The position numbers and the translations under genes were made by a program. A DNA stretch of 64,000 bases from assembly GCA_951406725.2 (NCBI GenBank), contig OX597827.1, positions 7,006,001 through 7,070,000 of the forward strand, in the 5' to 3' direction. A model generated the notes under the pieces. The model ran no database searches. It saw nothing but the letters and a program-made list of their open reading frames with translations, and was not told where the DNA came from. This document shows positions 24,471-36,541 of this stretch, piece by piece (position 1 is the first letter of the stretch; each line of letters starts with the position of its first letter). The stretch comes from Octopus vulgaris (taxonomy: Eukaryota).

Positions 24471-24525
24471 TAACAAAAGCTGTTACTCAGAGTTTCGCGT
24501 TCCCGTTCGTCAGACAGTTTTGTTA
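24471..24525 (-). ncRNA. Minimal type I hammerhead ribozyme motif, sense to gene D intron 1
   Basis: Minus strand TAACAAAACTGT-CTGACGA-ACG GGAA CGC-GAAA-CTCTGAG-TA-ACAGCTTTTGTTA: stem I, CUGANGA core, stem II, GAAA, palindromic stem III, GUA cleavage triplet. Confidence 0.7.
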
Positions 24526-24714
24526 AAATTTTAACAAAGCTGCCTGATGAATGGGAACGTGAAACTGAGTAACAGTATTTGTTATATTTCTGCTGCTTTT
24601 AAATAAAGCATATTACTCTACCTCTGGTATTTAAGTACTCTTTTTTGCCACCTTCCACCTTGTTTCACATTTATGAGCTTACTCCGGTATATATTTATAT
24701 ATATATATAAAGGA

Positions 24715-25030
24715 GCACTGTCTGTTACGACAACGATGGTCCCAGCTGATGCGATCAATGGAACAGCTTGCTCGTGAAATTAACGTGCAAGTGACTGAGC
24801 AATCCACAGACACGTGTACCCCTAACGTAGTTCTCAGGGAGATTCAGCGTGACACAGAGTGTGACAAGGCTGGCCCTTTGAAATACAAGTCCAACTCATT
24901 TTTGCCAACTGAGCGGACTGGAGCAACATGAAATAAAGCATCTTGCTCAAGGACACGTGTCACCGGGAATCGAACTCACAACCTTATAGTCATGAGCTGA
25001 ATGCCTTAACCACTAAGCCATGTGCCTTCA
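24715..25030 (-). mobile_element. tRNA-derived SINE (family 3)
   Basis: Minus-strand head GGCACATGGCTTAGTGGTTAAGGC...GAGTTCGATTCCCGG with A/B box-like motifs. Confidence 0.6.
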
Positions 25031-26864
25031 CACAAACACACACACATATATAAGGAACAATTTCATTCCCGGGCAATGTCAAGTGCCTCTGCTAGTATCT
25101 ATCTATCTATCTATATATATATATATATATATAGCACTTAAGTATAGCTATATTAAAACTAGCTGTTTGGCCTCAATTTACATACACTTGAAAATAAAAT
25201 GTCAGTCGAATACTAGATTGGAATATGCATCAAGGAACTGGACTCTCCTCGTCATTTTCACTGGATTACAGCTGTTTTTGCAACAGGAAGCAATACACTC
25301 AGAGCTGAGTGTTAATGGGAAATCCTGTTGCTTCTTGGGAGCACTAAAAATTGAAAAGTATATAATTACCATCTCTGTATAGAGATGGTAATTATACACT
25401 TTTCAGAATCGTAGTTTTCGCTCGCATCTCAACTACAAACTGTTGGCCCGACATCAGGATATTTTCTCTTGTTCAAGTGAACCTCTAGGATTCGTCTTCA
25501 CTCTGAGCTCGTACCTAACAGAATATGCATTCTTCCTTCAACTAATCTCCTTTGAAGCAATTTCCTCTCACCAAGTCAACTGTCAACGTTTTGCCAATAA
25601 TTTCACATCGGAGCATTTCCGACATGGTGTCCGTCTTCATCTTCCTCACTGGTTCTTACCATGCAATCACCACTCTGAGCATGTGCAGTGGATGTGCACG
25701 CCAGATCTCAACAGTTTTCTATTGCATTCACCTGTCTCGAATTTTCCATGTGGCTGGACTTTGACAGCCATGCAGAACAGCATTCTCATCAACACCACCA
25801 ATACCACCGCCACCATCTCAGCCTTTGTACCTGACTACAACGCAAACACCACCACCACCACTTCACCACTAATCTCGACTCGTTCCTGCTCCATCTTGTG
25901 TACAGCAGCCGGATTTGTGGCCTTATACAGCAAATTCCAGTCACTCTGAGCACCTCACAGCTGGACAGCACTTCAAAAAGCTTTGTAATCAGAAATGTGA
26001 CATTTTGTTCACCAACCAGGCATTTAACAGCATTCATTGGAACAATTTCAACAAACTGAACATTCTGCATGTATCTCATCATGAGCTTTTCTCTTCCAAT
26101 TTCTTCTCTACTCAGCACCTCACCTTGTACACTCAGTCTTAGATGCTCAGTTCTTGCTGAAAGTTACTGTATCAGACTTTGCAATCGATGTTGCTTCACA
26201 ATGCTTTCAGAAGTTACACTTGCACATTATTTTACTGCTCATTGTTCGTGCATACATACACACATACATGCAGTCTGCTTCATGCTATCCAATCTCACAT
26301 TTCTAGGTTTATTCTAGCTGAATGCTTTTCTCAAGGCTTTCTCATCCGGCAACCAAGCTCCTTACGTGTTTTTGCCATGTGTCGCTTCTCTGGTTTGTGG
26401 GACGCACAAACCACCTCTTATAAACGCTTATATTTTTCTCTTTGCATCACATAGTATTCCATGCATTTTCTTCCTTGCATGTCAGAACTTCTCCCTTTTG
26501 CCACCATCCTTATGGCTTGACTCGCTTCGCTAGTCACTGTCACTTTTCTGGCACCTACAGCCTTCCCTCTGCAAACAACTCACTGTTTTGCAGGCAAAAT
26601 CATGGCACTGCTTATGTCACAGCAGCCAACATTGCACTCTTTTACACCTAGACTTTTGCATCCTGTGATTTCCAGTTCCCTGGACGTTAGCTATCACGGT
26701 TGCACATCAAGTTTCACTGGCTCTGTCTCACAGAAACCACCTTCCCAGGCAGCAAAATAAGAAGGACTTCCTTCAGCTTCCTTTTTGTAGTATATGCTGC
26801 ATCCACCTTACTCTGGACCTTCTTGTGTACTATCATACTCACACAAAAATTATCTAGAAATATG

Positions 26865-27136
26865 TACTCTCTTTACTCTTTTACTTGTTTCAGACATTTG
26901 ACTGTGGCCATGCTGGAGCACCGCCATTAGTCGAGCAAATCGACCCAAGGACTTATTCTTTGTAAGCCTAGTACTTATTCTATCGATCTCTTTTGCTGCA
27001 CCACTAAGTTACGGGGACATGAGCACACCAGCATCGGTTGTCAAGCGATGTTGGGGGGACAAACAAACACATGCACACATACATACATATATATATATAT
27101 ATACATATATATATACATACATATATATATATATAC

Positions 27137-27167
<31 letters not shown>

Positions 27168-27251
27168 CATACATATATATATATACATACATACATATAT
27201 ACATATATACAAATATATATACATACATATATATATATATACATACATATA

Positions 27252-27283
<32 letters not shown>

Positions 27284-27356
27284 CATACATATACATACAT
27301 ATATACATACATATATATATATACATACATATATATATACATACATACATACATAC

Positions 27357-27399
<43 letters not shown>

Positions 27400-27450
27400 C
27401 ATACATACATACATATATACATACATACATACATACATATACATACATAC

Positions 27451-27493
<43 letters not shown>

Positions 27494-27668
27494 TATACAT
27501 ATATACGACAGGCTTCTTTCAGTTTCCGTCTACCAAATCCATTCACAAGGCTTTGGTCGGCCCGAGGCTATAGTAGAAAACACTTGCCCAAGGTGCCATG
27601 CAGTGGCACTGAACCCAGAACCATGTGTTTGGTAAGCAAGCTACTTACCACACAGCCACTCCTGCGTC
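26865..27668 (-). mobile_element. tRNA-derived SINE (family 1) with an expanded internal (TA/CATA)n microsatellite
   Basis: Head GCAGGAGTGGCTGTGTGGTAAGTAGCTTGC..., tail CTGAAACAAGTAAAAGAGT; internal tract ~430 bp versus ~50-60 bp in other copies. Confidence 0.85.
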
Positions 27669-27969
27669 TACATTTAACTTTGTATTACAACACAAACTGT
27701 TTGTTATTTCTTTTTCAAAGAAAGTTATCCACAAACATGGTTCCTATGCATGTTTTTACATAGTATTTTCATTTTCCATGTTTTGCATTTAGTTTGATGT
27801 GCATAGCTGTGTAGCTGAAAGCTCACTGCACCAAACTCTGCAATTATGTTCAGTATCTATCATGATGCATGTCATGCTTTTTCTATTTTACTACCTGTTT
27901 TCAAGAACATGTTTCTGCTACCTCGTTTTGCTTCGTATCTGCCCTGGATCGCTTATCAACTGTTTGTCT

Positions 27970-28344
27970 AAGAGGGGAGTGATGTAGTGATCCCTGGTGG
28001 CTATGACGGCAAGCAAAACTAAAAAAGGGATGTTACGAGAGTAATCTCCCTCAAGCTTCTACAATGTTCAAGATATTTTCTAGAACTCCTGGTTTTATGT
28101 GAAAGTCGGGGACTTCCTGTCCATCCCTATATAAAGGAAAGAATTTCTAATTTGCACCGTTCAGTGCATGTTGATTCTTCAATGTGCACTGGATCAAGCC
28201 ACCACACTTAAGCCCACTGATTCACCATTCTTACTTGGAGACATGTGACTGCAGACAGAATACATTCATGTTATGTTATAAGATTCTTTCAACTAACCTT
28301 GTATGTGAACGTATTATCTGCAATAAAAATTATGACTTATTACA
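27970..28344 (+). mobile_element. Probable 3' LTR of an LTR retrotransposon with polypurine tract
   Basis: AAGAGGGGAG just before TGTAGTG (27983); internal TATATAAAG and AATAAA; ends TTACA at 28344. Confidence 0.55.
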
Positions 28345-28627
28345 AGCACCTTGTGTATTCTATCCTCTTGTTGTAATGAGTAGATACAGTCATTTCCTTC
28401 CTTCCCATACTGACTAAATTATAGTGTGTCATTAAGCGAATGCTACCACCAAATATGGATAACACCTGCATCACTATAGGATGATCCAATATATGGTAAA
28501 AAAATAGTTTTCCAAGGACTGATTTCATTTTCCCTTTTCACTGATTGGTTGCTTGCCAACTACAAAAGTGAAAATATCAGTGTTGCAGAATTGCTCATAT
28601 ATATATCTCTCTCTCTATATATATATA

Positions 28628-28664
<37 letters not shown>

Positions 28665-28670
<6 letters not shown>

Positions 28671-28925
28671 TATATTAAATTAGAGATAAAACCACTATTA
28701 GGCAAATCATACAATGAAAACTTAATCATACAATGAAAAACATAATTGCATAAGATTAATTAATTTATATTATTTTAAATATATATCAAAATTATTATCT
28801 TTTTTTTTAATAATTTTGATATATATTTAAAATAATATAAATTAATTAATCTTATGTATTGGCTTAAGTTTTTCATTGTATGATTTGCCTAATAGTGGTT
28901 TTATCTCTAATTTAATATAATATAA
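28665..28925. repeat. AT-rich long inverted repeat (~125 bp arms) between (TA)n tracts
   Basis: TATATTAAATTAGAGATAAAACCACTATTAGGCAAATCATACAATGAAAA... is reverse-complementary to ...TTTTCATTGTATGATTTGCCTAATAGTGGTTTTATCTCTAATTTAATATA; centre ~28800. Confidence 0.9.
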
Positions 28926-28997
28926 TATTTTACTATAAAATTGGATTCAATCCTAAATCTGATTTTTCCCTGTAAGTTTGGATTTATTACCTAATAT

Positions 28998-29045
<48 letters not shown>

Positions 29046-30289
29046 AAATATAACAATAATTAAGGGTTTAGCAACAAGTTGCTTCACCCCATACCGAAAA
29101 TTTAGAAATAGCAGCCAAAAGACCATTATTTCTTTTTGCTACAAAATATGATTCCACAGATAACAATATCTTAACAATTTATGCACCACATTGCAAAAAT
29201 CATAATGTAAGTATATGTCAAAGCAAACTGTTACACTGTTGTACCATTGAATTACAAATAATGCTCATCTTTTATGCTCAGGTAAGCCTACAGCTTCCAA
29301 GAGCACAACTGTATTCGTTTATGCTTAGATAAAATGACAAAATTGTGGGTGTTAAGTCCCCATGGAGGGGTCTTTGTAACTTGCAAGAAGATGAAATTTT
29401 AGAAATATTACTTCATTTGTTTCTAATATCTATGGTTAAATTTCATCAACAGCAAAAATATATGAATTGTCATGGGGGTTATGGCCCTTATGCATAGAAT
29501 ATAATTTCCAAATTTCATAAAGATCCATTTAGTACTTTTGACCTGTTTTTGGATCATAAAAGAAATGACTAAACTTTGGGAGTTACGGCCCACATTAGGG
29601 TGTTTTATATATATGTATACACGTGCACACACACAAAGATAAATTGATAAATACAACTGAGTGGGCAAACAAAAATATGAGACACGGAGTTGTTAGCATT
29701 AGGAAATGCATCCAGATCAGATTGGAGCCTGGTGCAGCCTCCTGGCTTGCCAATCCTTAGTCAAACTGTCCAACACATCCCAGCATGGAAAGCAGATGTT
29801 AATCAATGATGATGATGATTTATACACACACGCACACACACACACACCATCTCAAGCTTAGGTATCCAAGACCAAATACACAATGACATTCTCATACTGT
29901 ATTATTAATTAATATTAATTAATATGTAACTTGGGTTATTAATGATATGTATAAATTAGCAGAAGTAAAAACTGTTAAGTAATTGATAACAATGTCCCCC
30001 TAGCATTGCTTGACAACCGATGCTGGTGTGTTTATGTTCCCGTTACTTAGCAGTTCGGCAAAAGAGACCGATAGAATAAGTACTGGGCTTACAAAAAGAA
30101 TAAGTCCTGGAGTCGAGTTGCTCGATTAAAGGTGGTGCTCCAGCATGGCTGCAGTCAAATGACTGAAACAAGTAAAAGAGTAAAGAGTATATCACAGTAA
30201 TTAGTAAGGCACATGATACGAATGCATTTATATAATGAGAATATAACTAAGATAAATTTAATTAGTTTGAAATTATAATATTGAAATGT

Positions 30290-30461
30290 GGCGCAGGAGT
30301 GGCTGTGTGGTAAGTAGCTAGCTAACCAACCACATGGTTCTGGGTTCAGTCCCACTGTGTGGCATCTTGGGCAAGTGTCTTCTGCTATAGCCCCGGGCCG
30401 ACCAATGCCTTGTGAGTGGATTTGGTTGACGGAAACTGAAAGAAGCCTGTCGTATATATGT

Positions 30462-30499
<38 letters not shown>

Positions 30500-30713
30500 A
30501 TGTGTGTGTGTTTGTCCCCCTAGCATTGCTTGACAACCGATGCTGGTGTGTTTACGTCCCCGTCACTTAGCGGTTCGGCATAAGAGACCGATAGAATAAG
30601 CACTGGGCTTACATAAAGAATAAGTCCCTGGAGTCGATTTGCTCGACTAAAGGCGGTGCTCCAGCATGGCCGCAGTCAAATGACTGAAACAAGTAAAAGA
30701 GTAAAAAGAGAGT
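30290..30713 (+). mobile_element. tRNA-derived SINE (family 1), preceded by a partial copy at ~29996-30189
   Basis: Same head, body and tail as the 26865, 31152, 35423 and 62523 copies. Confidence 0.85.
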
Positions 30714-30818
30714 TACTTTTTTGCTAATATTCTTTTTCTCCAAATGATAAACTGTGAAATATTACTAAATGTTTGAATAACAAATATACACAAGAAATAA
30801 CTTGTAATGAATACTTAC

Positions 30819-31025
30819 CAACAGTTGCCTGTTGTTTAAACAGTTGTTACCGTTGCAGCTGGAGTTCCGAGCAGTTTGGTGTGTGAAAGTATTAAGTAGT
30901 TCTATGGAGTTGGTTGTGTAGTATGTAATGTGTGTTGTAGCCAATGACAAGCTGTCTTTTATTCCAGGGCAAGGAAACAGAAATACAACCTCCAGTTCTT
31001 GCAGTAAATGATAGGCTGTCCACAT
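30819..31025 (-). promoter_or_regulatory. Gene D non-coding 5' exon and diverged promoter-like cassette
   Basis: Donor CTGTTG|GTAAGT at 30819, CCAAT at 30941. TGACTCA and CGGAA motifs are altered and the UTR is shorter. Confidence 0.72.
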
Positions 31026-31151
31026 ACACTTACGTATCCGTGTTGTAGGTGTATATAAAATGTGCGTAAATGAACAGTGAAGAACGATGGTTAGCTAGAA
31101 TTTCAAGGATAGGCAATAAATTCTGTTTGGTTAATAGTATTGAATATATAT

Positions 31152-31540
31152 TACTCTCTACTCTTTTACTTGTTTCAGTCATTTGACTGCGGCCATGCTG
31201 GAGCACCGCCTCTAGTCGAGCAAATCGACCCCGTACTTATTCTACCGGTCACTTTTGCCGAACCGCTAAGTGACGGGGATGTAAACACACCAGCATCGGT
31301 TGTCAAGCAATGCTAGAGGGACAAACACAGACACACAAACACATGCATACACATACATACATATATATACATATATACGACAGGCTTCTTTCAGTTTCCG
31401 TCTACCAAATCCACTCACAAGGCATTGGTCGGCCTGAGGCTATAGCAGAAGACACTTGCCCAAGATGCCACGCAGTGGGACTGAACCCAGAACCATGTGG
31501 TTGGTAGGCAAGCTACTTGCCACACAGCCACTCTTGCACC
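31152..31540 (-). mobile_element. tRNA-derived SINE (family 1)
   Basis: Reverse complement of the 30290-30713 family, with an internal deletion. Confidence 0.85.
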
Positions 31541-31699
31541 TATATATATATATATACATATTTTAAGAATAAAATATTTTATGACTTAATTAAAAGTGTT
31601 TTCAGGATCAAATATTTTGAATTTCTCATTAACACTACTTAGTGTCTGTAATAAAATGGTGATAACATTTCTAGGAAGTATTATTGATGTATTTCGTTT

Positions 31700-33520
31700 T
31701 TGGATCTGGTTTGCAAGATTCTTTATATGAGTTCGTGTGTTGAAGCATATTCTGTTGTGTCTGGGGAGAGTCATTTTCTTTTTGTGCCTTATTATTTAAC
31801 ACACTCACCGGTAAAATTTCCACCTTTTTTCCTTATTTTTATTTTCCTAAAATTTTCGTTGCGTCTTGCAACCTTTTCAATAGTCTTGACTCTGTCCCTT
31901 ATTTACACTGCGTTCCTTTTTGTTTGTTTGTGTGCATGTGTGTGGGTCAGTGTCTGTGTGTGTGTGCCTATACATGCATACATGTACTTATGTATGTGTG
32001 TGTGTGTGTGCCTATACATGCATGCATGTATGTGTGTGTGTTTGCATGTGTATGTATGTATATATGTGTGTGTATGCATATGTACATATGTATGTATGTG
32101 TGTGTGTGCATCTGTATGTACGTATCTTGCATATTTATGTGCTTGCATGTCCGTGTTTGTGTATTTTCTATGTATGTGTGTGCGAGCATGTGTTTGTATA
32201 TATGTATGCACCTCTGTCCCCTTGTGTGTGCATGTCTGTGTGTGTGTGTGTGTTATGCAAATATGTACCATATTTGTATGTATGGATGTGCATCTTTATA
32301 TGTGTGGACCCGTGTCTCCATATGTGTCTGTTCTTATAGCCTATGTACCTATCCGTCTGTATGTTGATCTGTTTATTTTCATATCTATATGCTTACATAC
32401 AGAAAAAAAGAAAAGGGGGTGCATATACACACACATACATACATACATACATTTATCTACCTAACAGTCCACTAACTATTCTACTCTACCTGTGTAAACT
32501 ATGGGTATGGAGGTATGGTATTTACTATGTATATTTCTTATTTAGTATTGGGGAGGTTTCATTTATAAGGACGTACTCCCGTATTTGTCTGAGTGTTCGG
32601 TCTTTTGGGTGCTTGGATAAGATGCAGATGTCAAGTTGACCCAAGTTACCTCCATGGTGGTCTTTGGCATGTTGGTAGAGTATGGAGGACTGTTTTCTGT
32701 CGTCATATTGTCTTAGATGTTCATTTATTCATTCCACAATGCTCCTAGACGTCTCCCCTATGTATGTCATGTTCATGTCTTTACAAGCACCTTCTATGCA
32801 TCTTATACTGTAGACTACATTTCTAGTTCTAAAGTTGATGCCAGGGCTAATCCTACATACCATTCAGTTACCATTGGTGCATATGGTATTCTTAAAGGGG
32901 TACATCCTACATAGTTGTTATCTGACGGAGTTCCCTGGCTTTTCAACAATTTAAATGTTGAGTTTGGTCTCCTTCAGAGCTTTCCTAAATCTACGGGTTA
33001 GTTCTCCATGGGCTGTGGCCTCTACAAACCTCACTCCTTGATATTTGTCGGTTTTATACCATGTGTTCGCCCTGTTTGCTTTGTCACAAGTTCTTTGTAT
33101 TCTATTCCAGTCATTGTTTCAATATTTAGGGCAGGTACCACTGGTATCATTACGTATAATGTTATCTAACTTCTTTCTAGCCCCCCTGAATACTCGAACC
33201 CTATCTTTCTGATCATATCCAGAGAACTGCATGCAGTGCATGAAGTTCTGTATATGTTTTTTCATTTCATAGGGTTCGCATAGTGGGGCACATTGTTCAT
33301 TATTCTAACTAGGTCTGCTATCAGTATGTTAATTTTCATGTTGTGTGACAAAGCTGAGTTCTTGTGAACAACATATTTTGAAGTTATGGGTTTCATGTAA
33401 TAAGAGTGTAGGAGCTGCACTCTATGGTTCACAGTCCCTAACCAAAGTTCAGTATCAAGTATAGGGAGTCTATTGTTAGGGTGCTTAGTGGGGTAATCTA
33501 TAGTTACCTTGATACTTAAG
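31700..33520 (-). mobile_element. Degenerate Penelope-like retroelement (RT C-terminus, GIY-YIG endonuclease, repeat-rich 3' region)
   Basis: ORF 33262-33549 (NNRLPILDTEL...HSYYMKPITSKYVVHKNSALS...K) resembles the PLE RT thumb. Manual translation near 32650-32820 gives VVYSIRC...TYIGETSRSIVE*INEH...SSILYQHAKDHH, a GIY-YIG motif. Boundaries approximate. Confidence 0.8.
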
Positions 33521-33909
33521 TTGAAACGTGACACAGGGAAGTGCAGCATTGATGCAAAAATGTTTGAGGAGTAAATGAAGGGCTAATTCAACTAAGTGAC
33601 ATTTCATGCATCTCTTTGGAAGATTCCAGGCCCTAACCATTTCATGGAAAGTGGGGGGAGGTATGCGATTTTTGAATGCACCAAAAAGCTCTCAATGGAT
33701 ATACCCTCCTTTGTGGCTGTTGGCACTGCCTCTGCCACACTGAACAATCAGCAAACCAGGAATTACATCTATGTGATAAATTAAGCCTATGGGCATGCTC
33801 AACAGCACCACATGAGAGAAACCTACATGAAAGAAACAACATGGTAAGAGGGCGGAGATTGGCAAGGAAGCATTTGAAAACAACACTGTCATGTGATATT
33901 TTAATTTGG

Positions 33910-34255
33910 AATCAACAGTTGTGGCTCAGCCGTGTACTCCTCCATGCAAGCAGCATGTGACCATTGTGAGGACAACTCAGCTCCCAAATGGAAACAATTT
34001 TGCATGCAGCATCGGAGTACACAAAATCAAATAAAGGACACAGTCTCTAGCAAATGTGGTTGGGTCATGTGACATTGGGTTGCTGACGTGGTTGGGAATC
34101 AATAGTCATGACTCAACTGTGCACTCCTTCATGTAAACAGCATGTGACCATTGTGAGGAGAACTCAGTTCCCAAACAAAACAATTTGGCATGTAGCATCC
34201 AGGTATGCAAGGTCACATTAAGGACACGATCTCAAGCTAATTTGGTTGAGTCATA
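33910..34255. repeat. Two diverged ~187 bp tandem copies within an unclassified interspersed repeat (~33520-34790)
   Basis: CAGCATGTGACCATTGTGAGGA at 33951 and 34138 with flanking similarity. Confidence 0.7.
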
Positions 34256-34787
34256 GATACCATAAATTAGTAGGTTAATGTACATGCAATATTTCAGTTT
34301 GTGATCAACAGCTGAAGAATATTTGAATGGGTTTCAGCTATACTTAGAAGGAAGACTTTGATACTGAAGCCAAATAGTTGCTCAGGATTTAACATATTTT
34401 GGCATATTTTTCATAATAAACATAGTGCGTTCCAAATGGTTTTTATTCCAACAAATTGCTGCCTGTGGTTGTATGGGAACAGGCTATTATTGCTGCCACT
34501 TAGACAATGAAGTCTCAAGTCTACATCGTGTCATTGTGCTGGATGTAAGGGAGACAATCGATTTCTGAAAGTTACTTCACAAAGAATTACCTCCTTCACC
34601 ACAGTAGTCATACATACCATAAGAAAGGGGGTTTTCTGTTCCTGAGAGGTCCCATTACACCTTATGTGAAAAATGTTAAGAGTCTAAAACAATCTCTTGA
34701 ACATAAGTAATGTATGTTCCTTGTTTGGAGAAAATCAGTTGCGAACTTCATAAGTTATGGAGTTTTACACTCACACACACGTAGTAA

Positions 34788-34844
<57 letters not shown>

Positions 34845-35422
34845 GACAGATTTCTTCCAGTTTCTGTCTACCAAATCCACTCACAAGGCTTTGGTTGGCC
34901 CTAGATTATAGAAGACACTTGCTCAAGGTGTGAAACAGTGGGACTGAACCCGCAACCTCGTGGTTGGGAAGTAAGCTTCTTACCACACAGCCATGTCTGA
35001 AAAAGGTTTTGAAAAGGAAGTAGTGTTTTAACCTAACATTTACACACTATCATTTATAGCTTTTGTCATCTGCTTCAAGATCCACTGTTCCAAAAATAAA
35101 CAAAAAAAGAATTATTTCACTTTCTCTTATGACGTCAACAATTTACTATTGAATACTTTTGACAAACATTTTAAGAGGATTATCTTTTCTGAAGAAGTAT
35201 TTCTCTTTAAATCTCTAAATTAAAGTAGTTTTTGTAGTGAGGTTGAGTATTTAATACCAGTAATTAATATCGAATGAAACACTATTCATGCTATTTAATA
35301 TCATATGTCTTTTATACTTTAGTTTATTTTGACTACAGATAAATAGGAAAAAGTAATTAAAACTGATTGTATTCCTATATTATAATTACATGCAATAAAT
35401 ATTGATTATTCAATCTACAGAA

Positions 35423-35593
35423 GGCGCAGGAGTGGCTGTGTGGTAAGTAGCTTGCTAACCAACCACACGGTTCCGGGTTCAGTCCCACTGCGTGGCATCT
35501 TGGGCAAGTGTCTTCTGCTATAGCCCCGGGCTGACCAATGCTTTGTGAGTGGATTTGGTAGACGGAAACTGAAAGAAGCCTGTCGTATATATG

Positions 35594-35634
<41 letters not shown>

Positions 35635-35856
35635 TTGTGTGTCTGTGTTTGTTCCCCCTAGCATTGCTTGACAACCGATGCTGGTGTGTTTATGTCCCCG
35701 TCACTTAGCGGTTCGGCAAAAAGAGACCGATAGAATAAGTACTGGGCTTACAAAAGAATAAGTCCCGGGGTCGATTTGCTCGACTAAAGGCGGTGCTCCA
35801 GCATGGCCGCAGTCAAATGACTGAAACTAGTAAAAGAGTAAAAGAGAGTAAAGAGT
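35423..35856 (+). mobile_element. tRNA-derived SINE (family 1)
   Basis: Full head, microsatellite, body and (AAAGAGT)n tail. Confidence 0.85.
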
Positions 35857-36056
35857 AAGATAAAATATGCTTGAGGCTACGGGTATGGAAGGGGTACAGG
35901 AGCTGAGGACCATTATGGAAGATGGAGATGAATGGGGAAAACATGTGGAAACAGTTATGGAGCATCCCATGGGACAACCTAGACGAGATGATTGACGTGT
36001 ATATTATTATTATTTCATTGTTCTCTTAAAGCTGACAACTAAGTGTTTTGTAATAG

Positions 36057-36352
36057 CTATAAATTGGTGATACCTAAGGTATTGAAGATACTGTCTGGCA
36101 GTGTTGTTACTTTAGGTACATCTGGTGGAGGTGGATTACTGTATGAAGTAAACTGACTTGTCATTGGTACTGAAACTGGTTGTTCAGTTAAATTCCATGT
36201 GGTACCAGGTATTTGGTCAGGATAACAGGTCGTGTTTATGTCAGCGTTATGGTGATAATATCTGTTATTGTTATCTCCCTGTGATCTGTTCAGTGTAGGT
36301 GAAAGTTGATTTCTCCTGTTCCATGTAAGTTCACCTTGGTAACGGCACAGGT
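36057..36352 (-). CDS. Protocadherin E, last exon (C-terminal end frameshifted relative to paralogs)
   Basis: AG at 36353-36354. Manual translation (D)LCRYQGELTWNRRNQLSPTLNRSQGDNN...PPPPDVPKVTTLPDSIFNTLGITNL*. Confidence 0.82.
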
Positions 36353-36541
36353 CTGGAAATAAATAGATAATTTATCTATCAAAGAGTTCACTACCTAGAA
36401 TGCATTTCAGACAAACCAAAATGATGCTGTTTTACTAAATTGGTTCTTTGTAGCTAAAATTTTAATATTTTTATAATTTAACAGCAAAATGTCTGTGTAT
36501 TTATATACATTGCTCATAATATTGCTGAATATATTGAAATA

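Noticed and set aside
25400-26850. C-rich region with several ORFs, possibly decayed LTR retrotransposon gag/pol (similarly 6000-6780 and 10950-11620)
   Set aside because: Composition suggests old retroelement DNA, but no diagnostic motif could be read confidently; needs a translated search against a TE protein library.
27004-27763. Long Y/I/H/M/C/V-rich ORFs (also 31700-32464 and 61547-61939)
   Set aside because: Translations of dinucleotide and tetranucleotide microsatellites.
30290-30365. tRNA genes at SINE heads (also ~16875-16945, ~20545-20615, ~36545-36615)
   Set aside because: tRNA-like A/B boxes continue directly into repeated SINE bodies and tails; no convincing cloverleaf.
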